Counted from the stretch's first letter, positions 45,501 through 60,500 are shown. The stretch is 64,000 nucleotides of DNA from Cyanophora paradoxa CCMP329 (GCA_004431415.1 QPMI01000658.1:1-64000), one strand, 5' to 3'. Numbers and translations: made by a program. Notes: generated by a model not told the origin, from the letters alone.

Positions 45501-48500
45501 GGGGGAGGCCGGGGCTTGCCTGTCGCAGTCGCTGACGCCCTGAGGCCGGGGACACGCGTGCGCCAACAAATTGTACCAGGACGTCGGCTTGCCGAGCGAC
45601 GATCCGACGTCAAGCACCCACGAACCATCGGTGGCGCTGATGTTCGCGTTGGTACCACCGACGGTGCTGCCGAGGGCTTCGTCGGTGGTCACGGGCCGGA
45701 TCTCGACGTATGTTGTGGAGTCGGGACTTGCGCGAGACACGTGGATGTGGTCGTACAAAACCGCGGGGACCGACCACCTGCGCGGCTGTGAGCCGTGCAC
45801 ACCGGAACGCGGAGGCTGGGGCCGGCACACCAGTCCATGATAAGTCGGATCACCTCTCCAACCTGCGGCGGAATCCGAAGACCGGCCTCGGCGAGCCAGC
45901 AGCACGGCATTGGGAGGGGAGGCGCACGTTGAACAGGACCGTTCGGATGTTCAAGGACGTCGGCAACGCCACCGGGTTGTCGTTGATAGCACGGTCCTGG
46001 TTATTGTCCACCTGCGACGCGCACGCTCGGGGGTCCGCCGCAGCATGCATATGCTGGCGCGGCGTGCGCATGCGCTTGCGCACCTGGATCGCATAGGACT
46101 TGCCCACCTTGCCCTGCGCGTGCGGGTACGCGCGTTGAGAGTGAGAGGGGCCTGGGTATGGACCGTGCGAGCTCTAGAACGTTAACAGATTGCAAAGAAC
46201 GGACGAGGAAGAAATAATGCTGCTGCGCGGCGCCAGTGTAGGTAGGGCGGAGCTGCAGCTGCGCGCGGCACGTCGAGGAATCAGCGGCGGTACAAAGAAT
46301 CGACCAACTGCAAATTCAATACGGACGCACGTTCAAGCACGCGACAGAGATCACAGCATTTGTGCTGGGATCCGCGACGAGCAGATCATAGCACGTTGAG
46401 CCGCTACTGTAGACCGTCGTTGGGGCGAGAGACCTGCGAAGGGCACGCGCTTGCTTCCTTCGGCTCCTGTGCACGAACAGTAAAACACGCACTTGAACAC
46501 GACGCGCTGGAAGGTGGGACCCGTGCAGACAGAGCCGCTCACGAATGCCGCAGGCCGCGAGCACTCGCTGTAAGCATCGGTGAGGTTCGTCGTCTCTGCA
46601 CACAGTGCATAACGACGGTCAGCTGCAGATCTAGACCTGGCGGCGACAACGCATGCATGGCGAGGCATGCGCACCGACGACGGACGCATTCACAGTCCCC
46701 GTCAAAGTGCCGTCACGGTCAACGAGGACACCAAGCCCTGGTCTGCTCTCAGCGCAGAATCGAAGCAGCGCAGAAGACAGAAGGCGGACCGACGCCTGTA
46801 TAAGACTCGAACTGGGCCTTCGCTGTCACAGTGTTGAAGCTCAGAGCCTGAGTCCACACGTTGAAGCCGTCGCGCGCGATCGGCCTGCGTTGGAGGGCGA
46901 GATCAGGCCGGAGAGTACATGCACGGGATGGCAGCTGAACGCGCGTTTTGGTGCCGGCCCAGATGGCGACGGGCAGATTCTGGAACTCGACATTCGAGAG
47001 AGTCGAGCCGTACGACACAGTGACAGCCACGCCCGCTTGCGGCGTGAAACTGCTGCTGTGTGCACTCTTGCCGACAACGAGCATGTTCTCGAAGCGCAGA
47101 ATGTTGTCTCTCTCGGATGTGCCGACTGGGGTGACTGCAAAACAGACTCAACGGGAGGGGGCCGGGGCGACCGCGCGCGTGCGACGACATGTACAAGGCA
47201 CGCACCCGCGTCGAGGTCGTCGTCGTTCCACTTGCGGCCGGGGACGGGTGCCCAGTACTCGACGCCGAGCTTTTTGCAGTCGACAAGCTTGAAATTCTGG
47301 CCTGAAGGGTCACAAGCTCGACAAACGAGGGTGCGGGCCGGGAGCGCGCACGCTGTAGGTCGTCCACGCGACGGATTTGCTGTTGACGCAAGTATCCTGG
47401 ACCGCGTACGCCGTGAAGTTGGTCACCTTGTTCTGCAGCGCCGAGGAGGAGGGAGGAGTGCTCCCGCCTTGGGCGAGCTCCGAGTCAGTACTTGCTGCAC
47501 TCCAATGTATACGCTGCAGCGGACGCACATGCTTTGTCCGTAAGGTATTCAGTGCTAGGTGCCATGTTTTCGACGAAAAGGCCGTAAGCGACTTGCGAGT
47601 GGGCCTGCATTTACGTGAGGGCACGAGGCAAACGATGCATTTACACAGAGATTGTATGCGAACGGTATTGTTGGCAAACTCGGCAATGTACCCGAATTTC
47701 TGGCAGGTTGCGGAGCCTGCCACCAAATCCGGATTTGAGTTCCTGAAGATCGATTAGATACGAAGACATTACTCTGCACTATACTCGCGAATCGAATGGG
47801 AGCTTCACGCACACGTCCGAGAGCCAGAACCCATATTCGCCGCCGACTGCCACGTTGTTTCGGACGTAGTTCGTGGGGTGCAGCATCGAGAAGCCGGCCT
47901 GCCCGCGCGCCGTTCAGTACTAATTGGCATGCAGTGCTGCCGCGTATAATATGGCGTGCGGGTACGCGCCGGTGTCTCGTCGGGGCCACTAAGCGCCTGT
48001 GTGGTAATGAACCTCGCGGCCAGGTTGCCGTCAAACACGTTCCTGAGCGATCGCGTGAGCCGTCGGCGCCCGCACACGGCTGCTCTATAGGCTTAAGGGT
48101 TGGGGTTGCACTTCCGCTCGGTGCCGAATGCGGTAAAGAACGCGTGCCCCTCGATTTTATCTGCGCCGCAGGGGTGATCACGAGCGCGCGCGCAACGGCA
48201 GCGTCACAGAGCTCGAGGCCGCCGGGCGCGCTATAATTAACCTCTTTTTAATATTTTTAAAATGCACTATAACACATTATAGTAGTTCTATTAAAAACGT
48301 TCTTAAGAGAAAATAACGCACATGCGACGTTGCGGAGGATGCGGAGACCGCTGACGTTGTCGGCCGCCCCCACGGCCCGATTCCAGCTCTGGTGAATGGC
48401 GCAGCCCTGCCATGCGCGTTATAAATTACAGGGAGAGGCTGGCCGCGAGTCGGGCGCGAAGGACGGGCCTTGACGTAGGACTTGGACTGATCGCCCACCG

Positions 48501-51500
48501 TCCACACGGACATGGTGTACATGCCGGGATGGAAGGCGCAGATGCGCTGCTGACCCGTGTTGTAGAACTCGACATTCTCGATCTGCGCCCGGCATTCGTC
48601 TCTCCTGCCGGCAGCCGGGCGCACGGTGGACTTCCGCACCCGAGTGATGGATGCGGTCCCCGCGTTGGCGAGCGACTTGAAAGCAGCGCCAAAACGGTTC
48701 TGCTCAGAGCTGATCTTCTCGCCGCGGAACCTGCTCAACGCTCAGATCTCAAATGGCTCAGGTTGATGAGCGATGCGAGGCGATGGTTGATCACGCACAC
48801 AATGTTGCGGGTCAGGTACATAACTTCCGCCCGCCTGCACACAGCATTAAGCGTCTTGAAAACTGCATGCACGCTGGGGCACTCGAACTCGGGGGCTCAG
48901 AGATGGCGCGCACATATCGACAGTGTGGCTGCCGTACGTCTCGACCACGCCGAGATGCTTGAATTCGAGTGGCTTGCTTAGCGTAAGCGTCTTGCGGTCA
49001 GCGGAGATAGCTGTGATGTTCCGCTCTTCGCTTTCCTTGGTGCCATCAAAGCCAGTGCCGGCAATCTAGATAGGTGCGACCGGAGCGTCAGGTGGCGCAC
49101 AGCAGCAGCCCCAGCCCGCCCGCCTACCGCCAGCAGGCCGCCAACGTCCCAGTCGACGGCTTCGATGAGCGTGATTTGCAGTGCGCCAGCGGTCGCGGTC
49201 GCGGCGAGCTTTGTCCAGGGCAGCTTCGGCACGCCGTGCATGTCGACGACGCCTCCGCGCTGAGCTAGCACCTTGGCGCCATACTTCGGGAGCTGCGCAT
49301 GCCGCGGGCGTCGGCTTTCAGCCGCGGCCTCGGCCGGCGATCTCCGGCGCGCACCTCGGGCATTCCGGGGGACCCGTTCATCTGGATGATGCACTTGTGC
49401 GTGAACGGCGCCTCCTCCGTTCCAATTTGAAGCTTCGCTTTCGAATTGCGGAGCAAAATCCATTCCGCTTGGATCTGCGGGCAGGTGCCGTGAGCACGCG
49501 TCGCGGATTGTGGCAGCGGCCTTAAGCTCGGCCTTGGTGCAGACAAAGAAATCTTGCGTGTCCTCAACGACGAGAGTGCCTGTATTCGTACGGCACAGTC
49601 AGAGGCAGTTGCGCGGACAAACATCGCCAATCGAGCCCTATAGCTATCTATTCCGCTGCAGTTAGGACCTGCCTTCGATGAGGATGAGGCGGAGTACGGC
49701 CGGCTGCACGTCCATAAAGATAATCTGGCCCGCTAGAATGACCTGCGCAAGCGGGCAGTTGCCAAATCATGAGATCAGCCCGGCTGGCCAACATGCATGA
49801 AAGTACGCACCACGCTCTCGCCATCGGCCGGCGGGTCCAAGCCACCCCAGGTTGATTTACGACTCCACAAATCGGCGAAGACTTGCAGGCGAGGTCAGCT
49901 ACGCAAGGAGAACAAGGGCGGGCGAGCAGCTTACCGTAAGTCTGGCCTGGAGCAACTGTGGCGTACCCTTTGCCGGGGACGAGTACAGCTGGCGCCGCGG
50001 CCGTGCCGTTCGTGCAGCCGGAGCGTGCCCGGCAGACGATCACGGTGTCGTTTGCCTGCCGCCAGCGTTAGCGCAGACACAGCCGGCTGCACGCGAGCTA
50101 TATGTAGCCAGGGGTCGACTCACCGACTGGACGTCGCACGGAATTAGACAGTTTGTAAGCGTGATGCTTGTGGGCCAGGAGCCGTCGTAGCCGACAAGTC
50201 CGCTGCCTATCATCGTGATGCGCGTTCCGCCAGCGGTCGAGCCCCGCGAGGGACTGATCGAAGTAATCGTGGGCGCGCCCGCGGAGTTTGAGTAGGCGAA
50301 GCCAGGGTAGAAGGTGGTCGTGTTGGCGCCGACGCCTCCTCTCGCAGCCACAGATAATTTGATGGGGCAGTTGGCAGAGGAGTTGTACTCCGAATCGGTC
50401 GGCTTTAAAGATCCAGTCATGCAGATCTACCCAAGGCTCGAGATCAGAGCGAGCCTACAAAAAGTGCGCGAAGACAGATGTGTACCAGAGTGCTGGCGTT
50501 GCCCGAGCTGACGGGGCAGGAGATGCCGCAGACTGTCACGGTAGTGTTCACGTCGTCGAAGCCCGAGCCCACGAGGGTCAGCGACATCCCTGCCCAGCCG
50601 AGTCGTCAGCTCGGGCTCAGGGGTGCACGTGGATGGAAAATCGGGGGCGCAGCGTACCCCCCGCGAAAGGCGATGCGAGCGGGAAGGCGGAGGCGAGCTC
50701 CAGTAGGACATTGATCTTCCCGTCCGAGTATGCGCTAGGGAAGTACGCCAGACCGCGGAAGGGTAAGAGCAAGGCAAGGGCTTGGCCCGAGCCGGCTCTG
50801 GCCACCGGCTGCATGGTGAAGACGAGAGTTCCGGACAAGGCGGAGGAGGCAGTAAGAGGCGTCGATGCCGATCCGACATAGAGGAGGGCGTTGGCGACGA
50901 GGTACGTGTAGTTCGTGCCGAATTGCGAGCCCTTCAACGTCACCGTGTCGCCCGCACGAGCTTGTTTCGGCGCAATTGCTGCAGTGCTGTGGTCGACGAG
51001 CGGCGTGGAGAGATAATTGTAAGTAAACGTTGATGGAGTGTTGGCAGTGAGGCCGTTGACGGAGATCGATATGCTGAATACAAAGTTGGTGGAGATGTCA
51101 ACGGTTGCGGCAGTGGCGCCAGGCGATGCTGGCAAGATGAACGTCAGCTGCTTCGTCGTCGCCGACAGGACGCTTGCCGTCCTTTTGACGCCGACAGCGG
51201 CAGCTGGCGAAGTCCCTGTCATAGACACCACGGCTTTCTTGCTAAGGCCCTCGCCGTTGACGGTGAAGGTAGCCCCTCCAAACTGGCTGCCCACCATGGT
51301 GAGGGTGCCACTGGGCTGCAGGATGCCCGAGGGTTTTATGGTGAGCGAGTAGGTGAAATTTCTCGCGGGGCTCGGCTGCGAACGCGACACGGGTCCCCTC
51401 GTCGGCGGCGGTCAGCGCGGCGCGAGCGAGGCGGCCGAACCTGCAGTGCCAGGCCGATGTTGTCCATGGCCACCTGGATGGGCCACGAGCCAGCCTCGCC

Positions 51501-54500
51501 AGCGCCCAGCGTGCACGCGATGTACTCCTCTCTCGCATCCGTCACGACACACTGCGCGACGTGTGGGTCGGCGGCACCAAGTGCGAAGGCATGCCGAACG
51601 GTGTGCGCACCGGCGCAGTGCCGATCGTCACGGTAAAGCCTGCGCGCGCCAGCATATGTCAGTGACATTGGCGGAAACGAACCTTGCTCTAGAAGCTGAA
51701 GCCAGCTGGCCCTCGTTCACGCGCCTGCTTTCTCAAGTGTTGGAAACGTGCCGTAGATCGTCAGCAGGTCGCCATCCACCCCGCTGATGCACGAGGTCCG
51801 TCAGAAAGGGCGCGGAGGAACTAACATGCAACCTCTGCGGGCAGCACCTGTTGGAGGTGAAGTTCGTGATCTGCGGTATGCCAGCTGCTGTGATGTTGAC
51901 CTGGCAGGATGTGATCGCGTCCGAACAAATAAACCTCGAGCCCGTGATGCTGCGCGTATAGCTCAGATAAGTGTGATTGAGGCGTTGAACGGCACATAAG
52001 AGCGAACCGGCTGATGGTAAACATCCCAATGGCCGTCGAAGGGATGACAGGCGCCTGCGGGGTGCGCGGTGAGCGGCAAAAACGTGCCAACGTCCAGTAG
52101 CTATATATATAGTATATCTACGGCGCTCACCCTGCAGGCGATCTGATCCGCCAAAAAAAGGTTTACACCGCAGTACGCTAACACGCCGTTGTTTCCGGCA
52201 TCTGTGCCTATGAGGACCACGAGCGCGTCCGTCGGGGAGATGCCATCGAGGAAGACCTTTCGCGATCGATGCACTCGATCAGCTCAGGAACTCCCGCGTA
52301 ACTGTGGGGAAGATGCATATGCACCTGGTGCGAGATGTTCATGCGCAGATTAAGGCCGCCGTTGACGCTTGCCTTGCCCGAGTTGATGCTGAGAATCTCG
52401 GCCGCGTAACGGAATGTGAGCTGGGCGGTGTTGTTGGCCAGGCCGACTGTGGGGAAGTTGACGGACACGAGGCCGGGCCCCAGGATCGCGGCGTTTGCCA
52501 CGCATTCGATCGAGTGATCGTCCCACGCCGTGACGTTGCAGGCCGCATCGCCGAATTTCACGACAGGGTCCGTCGCGGCCAACAGCTGCCGCCGCTGGCC
52601 GGCCGGAAAGTTCGCGCCAGTGATCGTCACGATGCTGCCCAAGCTTCCAGCTGCTGGCGAAAGCGCGTACAGGACCGGCGTCTTTGCTGTAGGGCAATCT
52701 GAGCCAGCGTACAACGTTAACGAGGCTCATTCGCTCACTGACCTGGGTCGAATGCGAACGATACGCTCTGCGGGAAGGTGACGGAAACCGCCCCGAAGAC
52801 GGCCGATCCCATCGGGACGGCGACCCCGCTTCTCTTGATGGACGCCGACGGGAACAGCGTGCAGACGAAAGCGGACACGCTTGTCGAGTCTGTGACGCAC
52901 TGCGAGGTCGTTGTGGGGGAAGAAGAGGCGACGAGCGTGATCGAGTTCAGAGTTGAGGCGTTGGTAGGGAAGCCCGCGCCTGTGAGCGTGATTCGCTGGC
53001 CGCCGAACAACGATCCGCTGCTTGGCGAGATCGCGGTGACAGCCGTCGAGACTGTTAGAGTGACGGAGGAGGAAGCGATGCCGTAGTCAGGAACTGTGAC
53101 GGCGACGGGCAGCTGGGTGGAGCCAGCCGGCAGTGCGGTCTGCATGTCGCAGACTAGTGACGCGGCCGTAGAGGTTGGTCGTGCCACGCAGGGTAGGCCT
53201 CCGACCGTCGCGACTGCGTCGACGGCGCCCGAGTCCCCGCGCATGCCCCCAAAGTTCGTTCCGCTGATGGTGAACGTCAACAGCTCGCCGAAGTCTCCGC
53301 AGGTGGCAGGATTGATCGCCGTCACGGTGGGTGTCTTGGCTGCAGACAGTGTCAGCTGCTGCGCCTGAGGGGAGTACTAGCGGGCGTGTGTGAGCGCACC
53401 AGAGTCGATGACTAGCTTCGTGGCAACGTTGGCAGTTTGCCCAGCAAGGGCGACCGAGACCGTGTACCCGCCCGCATCAGCCGTCATGGCCGCTGCAAAG
53501 CGAGCGGCCAGTCAGGGGCAGAGGCGGTCCGGCGCTGCGGGCATCGCTTATAAATGAGCACACGAGTCTTGCAGACGAGCTTGCTGTAAGTACTGGATGC
53601 GACGGTGCAGACACTGCTGCCGATGAGGACGCTGACGTCGGAGAGGCGGAAAAGAGGCCCCATGGCCTCGCCAGTGATTGTGAGGGACGCCCCGCCCAGC
53701 GTGCCGGACGTCGTTGTGGACAGGCCCGTCGCCGCTGCCGAAGACCGTCGGGAAACAAAATTGCGAAGCCGGATGGAGGGGAAAGAAGCGGGCCGGCCGG
53801 ATAGGAAAAGGCAGAGATCTAGAGCGGGCAAGGGGCCATGGTTGCAGGCAAGGGGCCGTGGCAAGGTGGGGTGGTGGGAGAGAGGATGGGGAAGAGGGGA
53901 AGTCGCACCGAGGTTGTACGTAAACTGAAAGTTCCCAGTCGCATAGCCATATTTTAACACGGACAGCGTGATGCTGTAGGTACCCGCTGCAGCCTGCAGT
54001 GGAATGTCAGTTATCTGCAGGTGGCGTGCACACGGAGGGCCAACCTGCGGCGCGCTGCAGGCGACGCTGGTCTTGGAAGCGGTCGTGATCTAATCATGAG
54101 GAGTGGCAGTGAGCGAGTGCGATCAGCACACTTGCACGTGGAATGCGCAGGCCGCACGGTGCAGGGGACAGGCTCAGGGGTCGGGTAGGGTGTCGGCGAG
54201 GGCGTCGGCGTCGGTGTCGCCGCGGCGACAGGGGGGGTGGGCGAGGGCGAGGGCGAAGGGGTTGGCGTGGGCGTGTAAGTGACCGGCGGCTTGACGTTTT
54301 TCTGCGGCGCGAGGTCAGCTGGCGCTGGCGGTGGGGGCCTGCAGCTGGCCAGGCTCCAGACGTCGACGGTGGGCGTGCCAAGAACAGGTCAGTGTCGCCG
54401 TTAGGCGGGTCCCCGACATTGCAGCCGAGCTGCACGCAAGGGCCTCACGAAATAGCGAGATACGTATACGAGCGTACAGCTAGACGCACCAATGAGCTCT

Positions 54501-57500
54501 CCAGATCGAGCGACTCGTAGACCTGCGGGAAGATCAAGAAGGCATCGGCCGCTCGGCGCGGGGCAAAGTGCGTCGGCGCGCACGACGTAGAGGGTCTGAG
54601 TGGCGGGGTCTGCCGCAGTGCGCCACGCGGGCGAGGGCGTCGGCGGGAGACATATATATACGAGGCAGAGGGGGGCTGGCGCGGGCGCACTGAATGCGAC
54701 GCCCATGCCGTAGTAGTCGCTGGCGTCCCACACTAGGCACGTGAAATGGCCCACCATGTTCGTCAGCCCCGCTTTGACCCAGGCCGTCTCGAAGTCGTAG
54801 TAGTTCACCTTGAATGATATGAGGAAATTTGGTCAGAATACATATGGGCGACACGCCTAATTTGAAGGCGTAGAGTGCGCGGCTGCGCACCTCGTTGTAC
54901 CATGACTGCAGGGCTTCAAAGCCCTTGGTAAGGATATCGTCCGCATCGATGTCGGCGATCGACGCGACGCCATAGAAACCGCCTCGCTGCATGCGCAGGT
55001 TCTCGCCTGCACAACCCCGCCCGGTATCGATAAGCTCGCGGCCAGGCGCCGGTGCGGTGTGGAGAAATCACCGTAGCGCGTATTGGTGCCTACTTCATTG
55101 CTGTGCGGGGTACTGGTCAGGGCCAAGGCGAAGAGCGCGGCGGGGAGCGTGGATTGGGATCGCACCTGTGCTGCATCATCGACTCGTCACGAAGCTTCTC
55201 CGCCCAGCTGCAAATGCGCCGCCGTTAGAGTGCCGCGGCCCCCTCGCAATTGCAGCTGCGCATGCGCGCTGCAGGACACTCACTACTGAGCGAACGCAGC
55301 CGTTTTGTCGTGCCAAACGAGGCCCTTAGAGCCATGCACGGCGCGCAGTTTGTTGACGTAATTCTGCAAACGGCGGTCGCGGCGGTGAGCAGCGCCGACG
55401 CGACGCAAGCGGCGGGTGCAGGGCGCGAGCGTTGCTTGCCGTGAGCTCGATCTGCTGAGACGCCGTATAGTACGAGACGTAATTCTTCGGCGTCACCCAG
55501 GGCGCGCTGGGGTAGTATTTGTTCGTGTCATCCCAAGCCCAGGTGGTCAGAAGGTGGCGCCGACTGGGGTGCTGGAACGCAGAGGTCGCTGCCGCCGATG
55601 GCATGTGGTTGGGCAGCCACGGGACGCGCGCGACGCCTTCGGACTTCTCGTCAAAGGCTGATTTCGGCGCGTCGTAATCGCGGAGCATGTCTCCTTCGAG
55701 CTCGTCAGGCTGCGGTTTCAGCGGCCGGGCTATTCTGATAGTCGAGGGGTGCGGGACGCCAAATTCCCGGGCGAACGCGGTGTCGACACCAACGTTAACG
55801 GCGCGCTGCGCCGCGTGATCGGACTCTGCATCCCGACCCTCGCCAATTGCAAGCAGACGCCTCTGCGACGACGGGTAGTAGGGCGCGCCGTAGTCCGTCT
55901 GCATTGTCACTGAGACGTCGTAGATCGTGAGGTCGTCGACGAAAGAGCCCGCAAATGTGATCGTGTCGGCAGCCTTGCCGGACGTCTTGTCTGTCGAGCT
56001 GACGACGGGCGTAACATCTGCGGGCCACGTTGGCGAGGGACGAGAATGCCGGGGGGCGCGCGGACCGCCCGAGTAGTCAAAGCCGCAGGTGCTGTTGCTG
56101 AGCGCGTCGCGCGCACAGCCGGCTGGGATCCCGTTGGTGCGGACGGAGAGCTGCGGTCGGGTCTCTGCGGGCCGTTTTAAGCTTGGCTCACGGGCTACGC
56201 GTAAATCGCAAGCTGTGTTGGAGCGCCAGCGCACCGACGGTGGCGACAAACTCTCCGGGAAGCGTACTGTAAAACAGGCCACCAGGTGAAGTCTTGGACA
56301 CGCTGTAGGTTCCGCCGTCGGTGAGCGAGGAGAGGTACACTGTCGTAAGAGCGAGGTCGCCAGGCAGGTTCTGGAACTCGATCTGCAGGACCACGAGTCG
56401 GCGAAGAGGAAATAAATGTTTATAAGCGCGAAATTGCAGCTGACGTCGAAGATTTGCGTGAAGCAGGGGCCGGTGCGGTTCACAGCGACCTTGAGACCCT
56501 TGGCTTCGAAGGCAGCCACGACTTGCGCGGCGGTCGACTCGATGTCGATCGGGTTTGTCGTGTAGCCGCCCGCCGAGAAGCTGATCTGGCCGCCAACGAA
56601 GCTTGTGGCGGCGTCGGTCGAAGACGTCGCGGTGATGCCCGCCGGCGGGGTGACGGAGAGAGTGCCCCCGGCCTGGCACGTTTTCAGGTTGATGATGAAA
56701 TCGTTGCCGCTCTTCGCGACTGAAGAGCCCTGAACCCATCGCTTGGGGTACCTGTACGTTGCCTGCGTCAAAGGGGCGCGCGCACATGCGGTGCACTAGT
56801 ATTAAGCGATCGAGAGCGTCTATGCGCACGCCGACACGGAAAATTCATCAATCCAATAATCCCCGCTTGGACGAGTGCAGGAAACGCTGCATGGCTCTGT
56901 GCGCAGGTCAAACCGATCGATATCGAAGCCGATCGCGGCTGAAATATCATGATCAATACAAGAAGCCGCTCACGATCAAAAAGGATAGCGGTGATGAGAG
57001 GCGAATATCCGAGTGCGTTCTTCAGTTGCTTGTCGAGATCGGTGCACTGCCGGCAAGAAAATCACGGAGTAAGCTTGAAGTCACGTCGAGGAAGCTTAAG
57101 CTTTCGGGATCGAAAGTACCGTATAATGCCAATTGCCGTCATTGATTATACCGCCCCAGGAGGCGATCTTTGCACTGTTGACGTCCGCGGTATTCAGCGG
57201 GATGTTGAACTGCGCATGCCACGATAATTAAATATAAGACGATCGAAGTCACAGAAGGAACTCGTGCGAGCTCCCTCTCAATTCGAGTGCAAAGCACGCA
57301 CCTCAACGCTCCGCCAAGAGCCCCCGACTTGTACTGCGGGCAAAAGATTAATGACGCTTGTGTATTGCAATTGCAAAGGCGCCTCGTATTCGTAGCTGCA
57401 TGCACAGGCGCACTTTTCATGTTCGATATCGACCCCGATGGCACCTGTGATGCATGCACGTGAGAATTTGAAGCCACAGCACGTGTGTGCATGTAAACCA

Positions 57501-60500
57501 CTCGCCTTGTAGGCCATGCACATGAGTGGGTATATGCTGGTGTTGAAGGAGACGGCGCCGTTCGACGACTCGAAGAGGCGCGTCTGAAGGGCGAGGCAAG
57601 CGTCAGCAGCGCGCCAAATTCGAACGCGAACCCGGAACGCGGAGGAGGAGACGCGCCGACTGGGAGTTGATGTGCAGGGACTTCGAGCCCTTGTACGGCG
57701 CGGTCGTCACTTTCTGCGGTTGTGCACATGAGAAATGCACGAGCTTCGCGAACGGTAATGGTTCCAGATCTCCACCTCGGCAACACCGCCCAAGTTGCGG
57801 ATGGTCATCGGCGTATTCTCAGTTTTCGGGTGGATCGTCGTAACATCGTCCTCGAGGCCGTCGTGGATCTGCAGCGCGCGGTGGTCATGATCAGCCGCCG
57901 GGTGCACTTGTACATGTGCGCTACTATGAAAACCAATTGCAAGGCAGCACGCACAAAGAACTCGTGCAGATACAGTTCGTCCGAAACGGAGTAGGCGCTG
58001 CCTCCCCCGGTCGCGCTCGAGATCGAGTAGTCCGTGACGTACCTGCGAATTGCGATTGTTTATGAGCATGATCACCCCCTCGTTCCAAAAAGGCAGAGAG
58101 AAGGCGCGCACTCAATAGCCGTCTGCATCTGCGCCGCAGTGGAGCTGACGGGCAGCGCGTAGCTCCGGCTGCCGTACGTGACGGTCATGTTGCTGGAAGA
58201 AGTGCCGCTGAGAGTAATCTTGCGGACATCGCCCGCTGGCGCGTCCCAAACGACAACTCTCTGCTCAGATCATATATATATAGCACGTAAGCCAGAGGGG
58301 ACAGAGCGTGGCGCGGGCCGCCGACCTGGCGCTCGTCGACACCGGCAGACGAGCCTGCCCTGTTCAGAGTCGTGTTGCCCATCAGCATTCCGATGTTGTG
58401 GTGCCCATTTCCTCCGGTATTTGCGCAGTAGCTCTCGAAGTACAGCTTGTCGCCGGCGTTGAGAGTGTACCTGCTCGTTTTCTGCGCTGCGCATCAGCGA
58501 TGTGCGTGAACGCGAGCACAGAAGAGCTGCCTGGGATCCGTATTTCCAATAGTCGCGGGAGCTCGAGTAGTCAGGGACGAATGCGACCTTGGCGATGCTG
58601 CCGGGCGAATCGCCCATCCACAGCTCCCCGGCGTTGTCAGTGTCTGCGAGAGCGTTACGCCACTGCGGCGCGGGCGAGAGGGCACAGAGTGCTTGCCCAG
58701 AAAGAACGTGTAGGCCGACGTTTTCGGCGCGACGAACCAGCCGCTGAAGCGCTCCGTGTAAACGTTCTGGGGGATGGAGGGTCGCGATTACGACTGGACA
58801 ATTGCAAAGAGAGGCAACGTGGCCGCACGCTGGTATCCGGCGTCGCGACGCGAGCCACCTGGACTTGCAGCAGGTCGGGCGAGCCGGGGAACGCTGGGCT
58901 CGCCTTCAGGCTTGCGATGGAGTTGATTCCATACCACCTGCCGACGGGAATGATCAGTGATCATTAAGGTAGCGCCAAAGCTTCGCGATCGATGCTCGCG
59001 ATCGCCGCACGCCTCTCCAAGCGGAACCCTCGAGGGCCAGAGAAGTGCGTGCTGCTGGTGCCCGCAGCCGACGTGCCGGGCCGCGTCTGGCACACAATCA
59101 CCTCATAGCTCGAGAAGACGACGGGACAAGCGACGCCCGCGACAGTGACAGAGTTCAAGCTGGCCACGGGAGAGAAGCTGGAGCCCGCGATCTGCACAGG
59201 AGGTCAGGCTAGCGGCACGCGATCGCGAGAGCGAGCGCAGGAAGGTCGCGGACCGTCAAGAGGAGCCCTCCAGCGGTGGAAGAGAGGCTTCCGGAGATCG
59301 ACTGGACGAGGGGGACGATCTGCGGAGCAGTGAAAGTGAGCTACTCGCGCGCGCGAGGGGCGCGGCGGGCTGAAACCCGCCTGGAAACTGTAGAGCACGC
59401 CGTTCGCGTCGGGCAACAGGAATGACGGGCCGATTGTCGCTTGTCCACCTTCATCATGAGCCCGAATGGTTATGTTGTAGGAGCCTTGCGATGCGAATCG
59501 ATATCGGACCCGAGCAGCGTGAGCCCGCGGACCGGGCGCCACAGTTTCGTATGTGGGCGGGGGGTGCACCGGCGGATGCAAGCCCCACCCTGGCTTTCAT
59601 CGAGCTGCGCCAAGCTTGAGTGTCAGCTCAAGAGCTGGAAGGCCCCTTCAAATGGGGGAGGGGAAATAATGAGGACGACAGCGGCCGCGGACCTTCTGTA
59701 CGTATTTTCTTGGACGCTGTTCTCTGCAACCGCAATGCTTCGTGATCAGCGCGGGAATCGAAGGCGCGCGTGGATGCAGAGCGAAAAAGGGTGGCTCGCC
59801 AAACATGTAGAAATCCTTGTTCGGTGCCGTTCTGAGGCGACGCGCGCGTGGCCGCTGGCGTCGGCGGGGGAAACAGCTCCGCGGCAACGGCAACGGGGAA
59901 AAGCCCACAACCAAAAGCGCACAGATTGGTGAGCGACATGAACCCGTCGTTTACTTTGATTTCAAGCTTCCTGTTCTCAAGATCCGCCCTGTTCGCGTGC
60001 GCAGCCGAAGTCGGAATTCGCGATCAGCGGGTCATGATCATGATCAGAGCGCTCGCGGTCGCACCTCCAAAAGAAATGAGTTCCGCCGGCGCCGTTCTTC
60101 AATTCGAACTGCTCTTTTATGTGAGCATTGACGATGCTTCGAGTTGGGAGGGAGGCGGTGGCCGCGCTTAAGTACCATCATAATGTCGCCGAGCATGCCG
60201 GCGGGAGGGTTGAGAAACGACACGCTTGGCGTTTTGGCTGCCAATGCATATGCATGGGAAGCTGCGCAAGCGAGAGAAGACAGGCACCGCATGCGCACAT
60301 GCCAGGTACTGAAAGGCGCCCGCCTTGGTCGTGTACGAGCTCGAGGTCAGTGAACCAATAGCGAGGAGCAGCTTGGCAGCGGCGGCGGGGCCTTGGTCCA
60401 CGATGACCGTCACGGCTAGGGCCTGCCCGCATGCATGTGCGAATGAGGCCCAGGTCACTCGCTGCGCATGCCCGAGGCCGAGCGCCGCGGCGCGCCGCGC

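Noticed and set aside
56019-56069. An additional GC-AG intron
   Set aside because: A GT donor three bases away gives the same phase, so GC is not required.
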